From NCBI GenBank assembly GCA_035525055.1, contig DATLEZ010000040.1, positions 12,099-76,098 of the forward strand: a stretch of DNA of 64,000 nt. The letters run 5' to 3'. The position numbers were made by a program, and so were the translations under genes. A model generated the notes under the pieces. The model saw nothing but the letters and a program-made list of their open reading frames with translations. It did not search any database and was not told the origin of the DNA. Of this stretch, positions 46,977 to 57,590 are shown piece after piece (the first letter of the stretch is position 1; each line of letters opens with the position of its first letter). The DNA is from Acidimicrobiia bacterium (GTDB taxonomy: Bacteria > Actinomycetota > Acidimicrobiia > Spongiisociales > ZC4RG35).

Positions 46977-47024
46977 TCCCTGATAGAGGACGAGGTCCGT
47001 GGTTCAACTCCACGTGGTCCCACC
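46977..47024 (+). repeat. Imperfect direct copy of the 3' half of tRNA-Ile (att-like remnant or decayed pseudo-tRNA)
   Basis: TCCCTGATAGAGGACGAGGTCCGTGGTTCAACTCCACGTGGTCCCACC versus 25514-25560: 45 of 47 identical plus a 1-nt insertion that makes an 8-nt anticodon loop. The 5' half is not foldable. Confidence 0.75.
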
Positions 47025-47156
47025 GTTTTGCTTGCCCTCACCTGGCCGCCAGGGATCAACAGCTTCGTTTTGAGGCTCGAGGGATTTCGCTGACGGTGGT
47101 CTCGATGAACGGCGTCGTTAGCATCAAGGTCCACTGATGCTCCCGGACGCTCCAAC

Positions 47157-47456
47157 GTGAGCCAGACGCACCGGCCACTCATTCCCCGTCCAATTCATTG
47201 GATACTGGGACTCTGGGCAGTCGTAGGCGTTTCGATCGCCATCTGGTTTCTCTCGATCAACTCTTTCGCGGGGGATTGGCAGGACGTCGTAAGCGTCGTG
47301 AGCATCGCGTTCGTCGTGGTGTGTGGTCTGGCCATCGGCCTGTCCTGGCTCATCGTTCGCTATTTCATCACTGGTGACAGCGCCCGAGTCGCAGTCGCTC
47401 TCCTCGGGCCTCCGGCTTTGTTCGGTTTGATTCCTTTCACGCTGTGGCTTCTTTGA
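47157..47456 (+). CDS. Hypothetical small membrane protein (99 aa)
   Basis: GTG start and three hydrophobic helices. No motif. Confidence 0.35.
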   Translation: MSQTHRPLIPRPIHWILGLWAVVGVSIAIWFLSINSFAGDWQDVVSVVSIAFVVVCGLAIGLSWLIVRYFITGDSARVAVALLGPPALFGLIPFTLWLL

Positions 47457-47489
47457 CCTCGATCCCGCGGGTTTGGCGCGATTCCCCGC

Positions 47490-47864
47490 TCAGACCGAAA
47501 GCCCCAACAGCATCTGGGAGAAGGCGTAGCCAGCAATTCCGCCGACCAAAGTGATGACCAGATTCAGCGCGGCCCGCCGCCTGCCGCGCTGCCCATCCTC
47601 AGCAAGAATCACTACGTCCCCCATCCAGGTCGAGAAGGTGGTGAAGCCTCCAAGGAACCCGACGGTCAACGCGGCCATCAGGTCCGGTTCTATCGGCGAT
47701 CGAGCGTCGACGCCGACCAGGGCTCCCAATAGGATCGCACCGATGAGGTTGACGACCATGGTCGGCAATCCTCCACGCTCCGTTCGTTGATGAAGTGCGC
47801 GGGACAATTCATAACGGGCCAGAGCTCCGACTGAGCCCAGCACGCCGATCCAGATGAACCTCAT
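47490..47864 (-). CDS. crcB: Fluoride channel CrcB/FluC subunit
   Basis: 124 aa, 4 TM, family blocks GALARY...NLIGAILLG...GFLGGFTTFST. Confidence 0.9.
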   Translation of the reverse strand: MRFIWIGVLGSVGALARYELSRALHQRTERGGLPTMVVNLIGAILLGALVGVDARSPIEPDLMAALTVGFLGGFTTFSTWMGDVVILAEDGQRGRRRAALNLVITLVGGIAGYAFSQMLLGLSV

Positions 47865-48226
47865 GCCGGCGTTCTGCCGAGGCGGATCCCGGATATGGCG
47901 GCTGCCAGGCCCAGAACAATGCTCACAGAGGCGTACGCCATCGCCTTCGGAACCGACATGCCATCGAGCTGGCCCACGATGGCCGAGAAGGTGGTGAATG
48001 CACCGAGCGCTCCAACTCCTAGGAAGGCAGCGGCCAACTCCGGTCTCCTGAAACGTGCAACCCGGCTCGTGAGCACGCCCAGAAGGAAGGCGCCGACGAC
48101 GTTGACCGACAGAGTTCCCAAGGGGAAGCCACCGTCGTCAGCCACTCGCTGAACCGCATGACGAGCCAGCGAGCCGACCAGGCCGCCCGCCAGAACCATG
48201 GCGCGCATCATCCATGATTTCGACAT
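47861..48226 (-). CDS. crcB: Fluoride channel CrcB/FluC subunit (second paralog, likely heterodimer partner)
   Basis: 121 aa, 4 TM, GSLARH...NVVGAFLLG...GALGAFTTFS. 4-nt overlap with the downstream crcB. Confidence 0.9.
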   Translation of the reverse strand: MSKSWMMRAMVLAGGLVGSLARHAVQRVADDGGFPLGTLSVNVVGAFLLGVLTSRVARFRRPELAAAFLGVGALGAFTTFSAIVGQLDGMSVPKAMAYASVSIVLGLAAAISGIRLGRTPA

Positions 48227-48260
48227 GCGTTCTCTGTGTTAGCAGCCGGAACCGGTGGGT

Positions 48261-48461
48261 TCAGGATGCGCCCTCGCCCTCAGCTTGATGGCTTCCCTCC
48301 TCCCAACGGCCCGCTCGTCGCGCGGCGTTCGCAAGCAGAAACTCGATCTGAGCATTCAGGCTCCTCATGTCGTCGGCGGCCCATCTCTCCAGCACCCGAT
48401 GGAGCCGGGGGTTGAGCCGGAGGAGGAAGCTTTTCCGATCAATCATCCGGGATGCCGGCAT
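48261..48461 (-). CDS. Ribbon-helix-helix (Arc/HicB-antitoxin-like) DNA-binding protein
   Basis: KSFLLRLNPRLHRVLERWAADDMRSLNAQIEFLL is the typical RHH strand-helix-helix pattern. 34 nt upstream of crcB on the same strand. Confidence 0.65.
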   Translation of the reverse strand: MPASRMIDRKSFLLRLNPRLHRVLERWAADDMRSLNAQIEFLLANAARRAGRWEEGSHQAEGEGAS

Positions 48462-48638
48462 TGACTATCGGCTTACCCCTGTGGTCTGAGGTAAGGATCA
48501 CCATCAGGTTCGAGACCGTCGCGGCTTTGCGTCGATTAGGCGCTCGCCTGACATCCGGCTCCTTTTGGTGGATGTATCGATATGATATCACTTCGATATC
48601 GGGAACCAAATACGTAGGCGGGCCGTACACTCGGATCG

Positions 48639-48758
48639 ATGAAACTGCGTCCGTTGATCGTGATTGCGGCCGTGGCGGCCTTCTTCGCAGCCCTGGCCCG
48701 CAAGCGTGTGGAGGAAGCCAAACCGACCGAGTCCTGGGAGCCTGTCAGCTACTCGTGA
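48639..48758 (+). CDS. 39-aa single-TM small protein (possible DLW-39 family)
   Basis: ATG...TGA, MKLRPLIVIAAVAAFFAALARKRVEEAKPTESWEPVSYS. Below the ORF-track cutoff. Its length, TM helix plus acidic W tail, and ori-proximal position fit my recollection of the actinobacterial DLW-39 family. Confidence 0.45.
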   Translation: MKLRPLIVIAAVAAFFAALARKRVEEAKPTESWEPVSYS

Positions 48759-48765
48759 GGCTCCA

Positions 48766-49416
48766 GTGAAGGCCCTCGTGCTCGCTGACGGCGACGGAGA
48801 CCTGCGGGTTGCCCACGTTCTGGCGGGCGAGGGTTTGGAAGTCTCGATACACGGAAGTGCCAAGTCTGGCCGATACCCGACAATCGAGGATCCTGTCGGC
48901 ATCGACGTCGTGGTCGGCTACACGGCTGCCGCCCTCGAGGTTGCCAAGAGAGCCGGGGCCGCGGCAGTCACCGCGGCCGATGTCGATGACAGCCCGGTCC
49001 CGACAGTCGCCGGCGCATCCTTGCTAGGAGTGGCCCTCGCGATTGCCGGCCGCCTCGAAGCGGGCGGGTCTGATGTTTTGCGTGTCGCAATCGCCCATCC
49101 CGGCGGTCCTACGCTGGGTGGGGTCGGGATGGCCTTTCCTCCGCCGGTTGGCAAGGCTCGCGGAACGATCCTCAGTGAGGCCCCTCTCAAAGTGGTCTCG
49201 GCGTCGACGCAGGAGCCATGGGCGGCAATCGTTGTCGAGTCCAACACCGGAGATCAGGCCGTCGTTGACGAGCACCGATTCTTGACAGCTATCTGCCTTG
49301 CGGCCGGTGTCGCCCTGCTACCGCCGGCGGGGATCGTGAAGGTCTGGGATGTTCCCGACATCTACCTCTCGAAGGCCCAGAGCATGGGCCTGGTGGCTGC
49401 CAAGCGCACCGAGTAG
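48766..49416 (+). CDS. Hypothetical protein (216 aa from the GTG)
   Basis: GTG at 48766, 7 nt after the small-ORF stop. The part of track ORF 48664.. upstream of this overlaps the small ORF in another frame. No motif recognised. Confidence 0.45.
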   Translation: MKALVLADGDGDLRVAHVLAGEGLEVSIHGSAKSGRYPTIEDPVGIDVVVGYTAAALEVAKRAGAAAVTAADVDDSPVPTVAGASLLGVALAIAGRLEAGGSDVLRVAIAHPGGPTLGGVGMAFPPPVGKARGTILSEAPLKVVSASTQEPWAAIVVESNTGDQAVVDEHRFLTAICLAAGVALLPPAGIVKVWDVPDIYLSKAQSMGLVAAKRTE

Positions 49417-49435
49417 CCCTAGATAGCGACTAGCC

Positions 49436-49927
49436 CTAAATCGCGGGGACTTCTTCGGTCGGGGTTTCCGCCACCACTGAGGGTTCGGTCTTGGCGCCGT
49501 TGGGAGCGGCCGGAGTCCAGCGGCGAGGAGCGGGAGGGTTCGCGGGCACTGCGACCGGTGCCAGCGACTCCTCGAGCACGACTAACTCGACTCCCCCGAC
49601 CACATCGGAGATCAGGTTGTACATGACAGCGGCGAGCGTCATCAGGCCGGTCGAAAGGACTGCCCAGACGATCGAACCGAACACTGCTGCCCGCAGGAAC
49701 CTCTCGGTGTTGGCGAACGGGTTCTCGCCCTCCTCGAGGAGCGTGATCCTCACAAGGACGTCGACGATCCGATCGGGGATGCCAGCTGCGATCAGAACGG
49801 ACCAGAACATCACGAGACCGAGGACGATTCCCAAAGCCGCCACCACATTGAAGAGGGAAGAGACTTTGAGGACCGTCCACGGGTCGATCTTGCGGATGAT
49901 TCGGCGAACGCGCCGGACCGTGGTCAT
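49436..49927 (-). CDS. DUF3566-domain membrane protein (conserved gyrA neighbour in Actinomycetota)
   Basis: RRVRRIIRKIDPWTVLKVSSLFNVV... block. I prefer the internal ATG at 49927 because the listed start (50029) overlaps gyrA. Confidence 0.75.
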   Translation of the reverse strand: MTTVRRVRRIIRKIDPWTVLKVSSLFNVVAALGIVLGLVMFWSVLIAAGIPDRIVDVLVRITLLEEGENPFANTERFLRAAVFGSIVWAVLSTGLMTLAAVMYNLISDVVGGVELVVLEESLAPVAVPANPPAPRRWTPAAPNGAKTEPSVVAETPTEEVPAI

Positions 49928-49967
49928 GTGCCGACGATTGTACCCAATGACGAGGCTAAGCCCGACT

Positions 49968-52412
49968 TCACTCGTCTTCTTCGGGTGGAACCACGGTGAA
50001 CGCCGCCAAATGGGAACCGGCACCGACATTCATCACTCTGACCCCGGTGGAGTCTCGCCGTTGACGGGAGATCTTGTCCACTGGTTGGCGAATCCCGCTC
50101 CCGGTCGAGGAAATGAGAAAGACCTCGGTGCCCTTGTTGACGCCGACGGCACCGATCAACCGGCCCCGGGCCTTAGTCAACTTGATCGCCTTGACCCCGA
50201 TCCCGCCCCGCCCCTGGCCCCGGAACTGCTCGATGGGAGTTCGCTTGCCGTATCCGTTGGAAGTCATCAGCAGGACCTCAGGCCCATCGGCCGATGAAGC
50301 GGCCGCAACCACTTCGTCGCCCGCCCGCAGCTTGATCCCTCGCACGCCTTGCGTCGCGCGTCCCATCGGGCGCAGATCGCCTTCAGGGAAACGGATCCCC
50401 TGGCCGTTGGCCGAGAAGATGAGCATGTCGTTCTCGCCGGTGGTGGTCCGGACCGAGACGACCTCATCGTCGTCGACCAACTTGATCGCGACCAGAGTCT
50501 GGTTGCGACTGTCGTACTCACGGAACAAGGTCTTCTTGGCGGTACCCAACCTCGTGACCATCACTAGAAAGCGCGAGGTCTCGTAGTTGCGGGTGTCGAT
50601 AATCGCCTCGATGCGCTCCTCCGGCTGCAGCGGGAGCACCGCCTGGGCAAGGACTCCCTTGGAGGTTCGATCCTTCCGGGGGATCTCGTGGGCCTTGGCA
50701 CGGTGGACCAGGCCCTTGTTGGTGAAGAACAGCAGATAGGCATGGGCAGTGGTGTGGACCAAGTGAGCGACGACGTCCTCACCCGACACCTCCGCCGCTT
50801 TGACCCCACGTCCCCCCCGGCCCTGGGTCTTGTAGGTACTGGCCGGCACCGACTTGACGTACCCCGAGGCAGAAACGGTGACGATGAGCTCATCGTCGGC
50901 GATCAGGTCTTCGAGGCTCATCTCGCCCTCGTCGAGGATGATCTGTGATCGACGCGGGGTGGCGAACTTCTCCTTGATCTCGGTCAGGTCCTCACGAATG
51001 ATCGAGCGGCGCAGGGCCGGATCGGCCAGGATCGCCTTGAGCTCGGTGATCGTCCTCATCAGCTCAGCCAACTCCTCGCGAAGCTTGTTGACCTCCAGCG
51101 CGGTGAGGCGCCGCAGGGGCATGTCGAGGATGGCATTGGCCTGAATCTCGGAAAGCTCGAAGCGCTCCATCAGGCGCGTGCGGGCGGCGGCGGTATCGGA
51201 CGACGCTCTGATCAGCGCCACGACTTCGTCGATGTTGTCAACCGCAATGATCAGGCCCTCGACGAGGTGAGCACGGGCCTCGGCTTCCGCCAGGCGAAAG
51301 CGGGTGCGGCGCTCGATGACCTCCATCTGATGATCGAGGTAGTGACCGATCATGTCGGCCAGATTGAGGGTGCGGGGAATCCCGTCGACCAGCGCCACCA
51401 TGTTGACCCCGAAGCTCTCCTGGAGTGGAGTGTTCTTGTACAACTGGTTGAGGACGACCTGGGGAACCGCTTCCTTCTTCAACTCGATGACCAGGCGGAT
51501 GCCGCGGCGATTGTCCGACTCATTCCGGAGATCGGCGATGCCCAAGAGCTTCTTGTCGTCGACCAGGGTGCGGATCTTTTCCATCACCCGCTCGATCGAC
51601 ACCTGATAGGGCATCTCGGTAACGACGATGGCGGTCCGGCCCTTGCGAACCTCAGCGACATCGGCCACGGCCCGCATCTTCACCGATCCCCGACCAGAGG
51701 CCAGAGCCTCGCGCAGACCGGTGGTCCCGACCAGATAGCCGCCCGTCGGGAAGTCGGGGCCTTTGACAAAGCGCATCAGCTCTTCTGAGTCGGCATCGGG
51801 ATTCTCGAGGGAGTGGAGGGCTGCGTCGATGACTTCGCCGAGGTTGTGGGAGGGAATATTGGTGGCCATTCCCACGGCGATCCCCTGGCTGCCATTGACG
51901 AGCAGATTCGGGAACCGGGAAGGCAGGACGGTCGGCTCTTCGGTCTCTCCCGAATAGTTCTCGACGAAGTCGACGGTGTGCTCTCTGATCCCGTCGAGCA
52001 GGCGCATCGAAAGATGGGTCAGCCTGGCCTCTGTGTACCGCGAGGCCCCCGGTGGGTCGTCGATGGTTCCAAAGTTCCCCTGCGGATCGATCAAGAGATG
52101 GCGGAGCGAGAAGTCCTGACCCATCCTCACCAGGGCGTCATAGATGGCTGTGTCGCCGTGAGGGTGGTAGTTGCCCATGACCTCACCGACCACCTTGGCG
52201 CACTTGCGGTGAGGGGTGGTGGGACCGATGTTGTTCTCGAACATCGAATAGACGATCCGGCGCTGGACCGGCTTGAGGCCGTCGCGGACGTCGGGCAGCG
52301 CTCGCGACACGATGACAGACATCGCGTAGTCGACGAAGGATTGCTCCATCTCATCGCGAATGTCGATGGTCCCGATGGAACCGTTGGGAGGTGTGTCAGG
52401 TCGGTCGGTCAT
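49968..52412 (-). CDS. gyrA: DNA gyrase subunit A
   Basis: 814 aa. [23 protein letters not shown], catalytic-Tyr region RYTE, C-terminal beta-pinwheel repeats. Confidence 0.97.
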   Translation of the reverse strand: MTDRPDTPPNGSIGTIDIRDEMEQSFVDYAMSVIVSRALPDVRDGLKPVQRRIVYSMFENNIGPTTPHRKCAKVVGEVMGNYHPHGDTAIYDALVRMGQDFSLRHLLIDPQGNFGTIDDPPGASRYTEARLTHLSMRLLDGIREHTVDFVENYSGETEEPTVLPSRFPNLLVNGSQGIAVGMATNIPSHNLGEVIDAALHSLENPDADSEELMRFVKGPDFPTGGYLVGTTGLREALASGRGSVKMRAVADVAEVRKGRTAIVVTEMPYQVSIERVMEKIRTLVDDKKLLGIADLRNESDNRRGIRLVIELKKEAVPQVVLNQLYKNTPLQESFGVNMVALVDGIPRTLNLADMIGHYLDHQMEVIERRTRFRLAEAEARAHLVEGLIIAVDNIDEVVALIRASSDTAAARTRLMERFELSEIQANAILDMPLRRLTALEVNKLREELAELMRTITELKAILADPALRRSIIREDLTEIKEKFATPRRSQIILDEGEMSLEDLIADDELIVTVSASGYVKSVPASTYKTQGRGGRGVKAAEVSGEDVVAHLVHTTAHAYLLFFTNKGLVHRAKAHEIPRKDRTSKGVLAQAVLPLQPEERIEAIIDTRNYETSRFLVMVTRLGTAKKTLFREYDSRNQTLVAIKLVDDDEVVSVRTTTGENDMLIFSANGQGIRFPEGDLRPMGRATQGVRGIKLRAGDEVVAAASSADGPEVLLMTSNGYGKRTPIEQFRGQGRGGIGVKAIKLTKARGRLIGAVGVNKGTEVFLISSTGSGIRQPVDKISRQRRDSTGVRVMNVGAGSHLAAFTVVPPEEDE

Positions 52413-52413
52413 G

Positions 52414-54345
<1,932 letters not shown>

Positions 54346-54526
54346 TCAGGGGGAAGAATTATGGAACCTGAGTTATGAAATCGGGACCCCCGTTCGGGAC
54401 CTTCCGGGCCACCGATTTCATGTTTGTAATTATAGCTCAACCGGTGACAGATTTGGCCATTCCGGGCAACCCTGGATGAGCCGAAAGGCCAATAGTTATG
54501 GGCGATTTTTGGATGGGCGAGAAACC

Positions 54527-54862
54527 TCAGCGTTGATTGGGGCCAACCACTCTGACAGTCTCGACGACGCCCTCGCCGAGTTGCTCATCGAGGCGCCTCA
54601 TCAGGTCCCCGATGGCGTACCGGAGCATGCCCACGAGGGCGGGTGAAATGGCCTCGACGACCAGTTCTCCCTCGCGAATAAATAGGGGCCGGCTCTGCCC
54701 GGACCAAGGCGCCCCGGCCATCTCGTCCCACCCCTCGTCCAACGATCTACTGACCGAAGGAGAAGGCAAGCCGAGCCGGGCCAAGAGTGACTCAAGCACC
54801 CCCTCGAGAGGTTCAGGTTGCATGGCGAAGAGCGTGGTACGTGGTACGTGGTACGTGGGCAT
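54527..54862 (-). CDS. DUF721 (DciA-like) protein
   Basis: Position between recF and gyrB. ...LFIREGELVVEAISPALVGMLRY... pattern. The true start may be the ATG at 54823. Confidence 0.7.
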   Translation of the reverse strand: MPTYHVPRTTLFAMQPEPLEGVLESLLARLGLPSPSVSRSLDEGWDEMAGAPWSGQSRPLFIREGELVVEAISPALVGMLRYAIGDLMRRLDEQLGEGVVETVRVVGPNQR

Positions 54863-55156
54863 GGAAGAGTGGGGTGACGGGAGGGTGGCAAGGGAGCCTT
54901 CGTTTCGGAAACTGAAGAATCACCGAAGAGCAGGAAGCGACGGCCGTCGTTGGCTTAACGCCAAATTTGGTCATAGGCGACCGCCTGAAACGAAATTTGG
55001 TCATAGGCGAACGAGTACCGGAGCTGTGTGACCGAATTACGGACAAAGTGGGCGTCAGCGACCGAATTTGGGCTCGGGACAATGCACGAGAGGACTCGTT
55101 GTTCCTTCGTTGATTCTTAGGCACCGCGCACCACTCGCCACGCACGACGGGACTCC

Positions 55157-56245
55157 TCACCTGACGAGTCCTGGTTCTACCCGCCATACTTTTCCTTCCA
55201 GGGGGACTTCTTCGTGGCGAGTCGTTGTGATCACTATTTGCGCACCCGGCAGCGCCGACGTCAACGCCTCGGCTCGCGACGGATCCAACTCCGAGAACAC
55301 GTCATCCAGCAACAGCAGCGGATCGACCCCGACCTGGTCGGCGATCGCATGGTGGGCCGCGATGCGGAGGGCCAGCGCCATCGTCCGTTGTTCACCCTGA
55401 CTCGACTGGTGGCGAGCCGGGCGACCATCGAGATGAAGGACAGGATCGTCTCTATGGGGGCCGGCACCGGTGAGTCGCAGTTCGAGATCGACTCGACGGC
55501 GAGCCGCCAGCGCCTCGATAAGGGCCGCAGTCCAATCGCTGGGTGGAGTGGATGGATCCAGTGATCCACCCCAATCTGACTCGTATTCGATCGCGACTTG
55601 TGACTCCCGGCCAGCAACCCGCGAGTAGACCTCGGTCACAAGAGCCGTCAATGCCGCCGCGGCCCGGGCCCGTCGGGCCATGAGACGAGCTCCGGCCTGA
55701 GCCAGCCTGGTATCCCATACGTCGAGAGTCAGTTGATCTCGCTCGCCGGATTTCAGATATGCATTGCGCTGGCGAAGCGACCTCTCGTACTCGGACTGAT
55801 CGTGATGTGCGGCCGGCCACAACTGCACGGCCAGATCGTCGAGCAGATCTCGCCGGCCCGAAGGTGCGCCCTTTACGAGATCGAGATCCTCGGGGAGGAA
55901 AGCCACCACTCGCAGAATTCCAAGGAGATCGGCAGTCCGCTGGAGGCTCTTGCCGTCGAGCCGGGCCCGGCGCCCTCCCCGTCGCTTGATCTCGACCTCG
56001 ACCAGCGCCGTCCCCTCCCCCTTCGTGACCTCTCCTCTAACCACTGCGGAGACTGCCGACTCGGCGACGAGGGCTTCATCGGGAGCCCCTCGCAGCGACC
56101 TCAGACTGGCCAGGTACGCAACTCCCTCGAGGAGGTTGGTCTTACCGGCCCCGTTATTGCCAACCAGGATGTTGATCCCCGGATCCGGACTCCAATGCAG
56201 CTCGGAATAGGACCGGAAGTCAGCGAGGGCAATCCAGTTCAGCAT
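55157..56245 (-). CDS. recF: DNA replication and repair protein RecF
   Basis: Walker A GNNGAGKTNLLE, signature SQGEQRTMAL, Walker B LLLLDDVFSELD. Confidence 0.95.
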   Translation of the reverse strand: MLNWIALADFRSYSELHWSPDPGINILVGNNGAGKTNLLEGVAYLASLRSLRGAPDEALVAESAVSAVVRGEVTKGEGTALVEVEIKRRGGRRARLDGKSLQRTADLLGILRVVAFLPEDLDLVKGAPSGRRDLLDDLAVQLWPAAHHDQSEYERSLRQRNAYLKSGERDQLTLDVWDTRLAQAGARLMARRARAAAALTALVTEVYSRVAGRESQVAIEYESDWGGSLDPSTPPSDWTAALIEALAARRRVDLELRLTGAGPHRDDPVLHLDGRPARHQSSQGEQRTMALALRIAAHHAIADQVGVDPLLLLDDVFSELDPSRAEALTSALPGAQIVITTTRHEEVPLEGKVWRVEPGLVR

Positions 56246-56323
56246 TATTCGGTTACGTCTACGTTCTACGCCAAACCTAGGCGGGAGTTCTTACGTAAGA
56301 CGTAGAACGTACAATGTAGAACG

Positions 56324-57400
56324 CTAGATCCTCACCGGCATTAGGAGGTAGAGGAAGCCTCCGTCGCCGTTATCGAGCACGCTCGGCTTGAGGCCATCGA
56401 TCAGCCTCATGCGAATCTTGTCACCTGAGATCGCGCTCACACCATCGGCCAGGTACCGAGGGTTGAACGCAATGAGGATCTCGTCGGCACCGCTGAATTC
56501 TCCAGGGAGATGCTCGACTTCGGCTCCGACGTCCTGGCGAGTGACGTTGACCTCGACTCCCCCTTCGCCGATCTTGAGGCGAACTGGAATGTGGTCCTCA
56601 GCCACCAGCGCCACCCGGCCCAGAGCCTCGAGCACGGCCTCCTTCTCCATAACCACCTGGGTCGGATACGTCTCCGGCAGGAGCGATCGGTACTTAGGGA
56701 AAGCGCCCTCGATCAGGCGGATCCGCAACGAACCCCGGTCCGAGGTGAACACTGCTTCCCGGTCGGCCAGACCGGCCGACACTTTGGCCGTACCGATGGT
56801 CCGGCCCAATTCACGCAAGCCTCTCGCCGGCACCAGACCCTGGCCGGTGATGCCCATTCCCGGCAGATCACGGACGGCCAAGCGGTAGGAGTCGGTGGCC
56901 ACGAGACGCAAGCCTTCGTCGGTGGACTCGAACAGGACCCCGGTCAGGATCGGACGGGCCGCATCGGAGGACGACGCCACCACAACCTGAGCCAGGGCTG
57001 CCGTCAACTCATCCCCGTCTACCTCCACCCCGTCCACCGGCTTGTCATCAAGGGATGGAAAATCATCGAGATTCAACGTTCGCAGGGTGAAGCGCGGGCC
57101 TTTGCCGAGGATCTCGACTTCGCCATCACTGACCCCGACCGTCACCACCCCGACCGGCATCTTTCTGACCGCCTCCGACAGCAGCCGTCCCGGGATGACA
57201 GCCTTGCCCTCCTCCATCATCTCGACCGGGCCGGACGTACGGACCGTGATCTCCAGGTCGGTCCCGGTTACCTCCAACCGGCCGGCCGCGACTTCACACA
57301 AAACTCCCTGTAGCACGGGAAGCGCCGTTCGACTCGCGACCGCCCGGTTGGCTCGCGAGAACAAATCGGCAAGGTCATCGCGCTCGGCTCGGATTCTCAC
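56324..57400 (-). CDS. dnaN: DNA polymerase III beta sliding clamp
   Basis: 358 aa, three-domain clamp pattern, position between dnaA and recF. Confidence 0.95.
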   Translation of the reverse strand: MRIRAERDDLADLFSRANRAVASRTALPVLQGVLCEVAAGRLEVTGTDLEITVRTSGPVEMMEEGKAVIPGRLLSEAVRKMPVGVVTVGVSDGEVEILGKGPRFTLRTLNLDDFPSLDDKPVDGVEVDGDELTAALAQVVVASSSDAARPILTGVLFESTDEGLRLVATDSYRLAVRDLPGMGITGQGLVPARGLRELGRTIGTAKVSAGLADREAVFTSDRGSLRIRLIEGAFPKYRSLLPETYPTQVVMEKEAVLEALGRVALVAEDHIPVRLKIGEGGVEVNVTRQDVGAEVEHLPGEFSGADEILIAFNPRYLADGVSAISGDKIRMRLIDGLKPSVLDNGDGGFLYLLMPVRI

Positions 57401-57420
57401 AACGAAGCGTCCCTTCTAGA

Positions 57421-57480
57421 TCTATGGCTTTGTATTTAAAGAGTAAGTAGTTGTAGTAGGCAGTGTGGATATGTGGAGAC
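57421..57480. promoter_or_regulatory. Candidate oriC element in the dnaA-dnaN spacer: AT-rich tract plus two abutting DnaA boxes
   Basis: AT-rich tctatggctttgtatttaaagagtaagtagttgtagtagg (57421-57460), followed by TGTGGATAT (57464-57472) and TGTGGAGAC (57472-57480). Confidence 0.55.
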
Positions 57481-57590
57481 CTGAGGAAACCTACGGTAAA
57501 CGTTGGGTGATCGCGTCCCCAACGGGGTGTTGACATTGTGACGGTTTTCCCCGGGAACGCGCAGGTCTCCGTCGGAGGCGTTGATAACCA

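Noticed and set aside
46355-47182. 275-aa minus-strand ORF
   Set aside because: It runs antisense through the end of the TIM-barrel gene and through the tRNA-Ile 3'-half copy (…GPRGVEPRTSSS… is the antisense tRNA translation). No protein motifs.
48462-48560. Possible fluoride riboswitch upstream of the RHH-crcB-crcB operon
   Set aside because: The minus strand contains CTGATGGTGATCCTTACC, which resembles the 3' CUGAUG...CCUAC segment. However, I could not find the 5' GGCGAUGG...CGCC helix, a convincing pseudoknot partner (only GGAT/ATCC, 4 bp), or a P3 hairpin directly before UGAUG. It needs cmsearch to be sure, so I did not call it.
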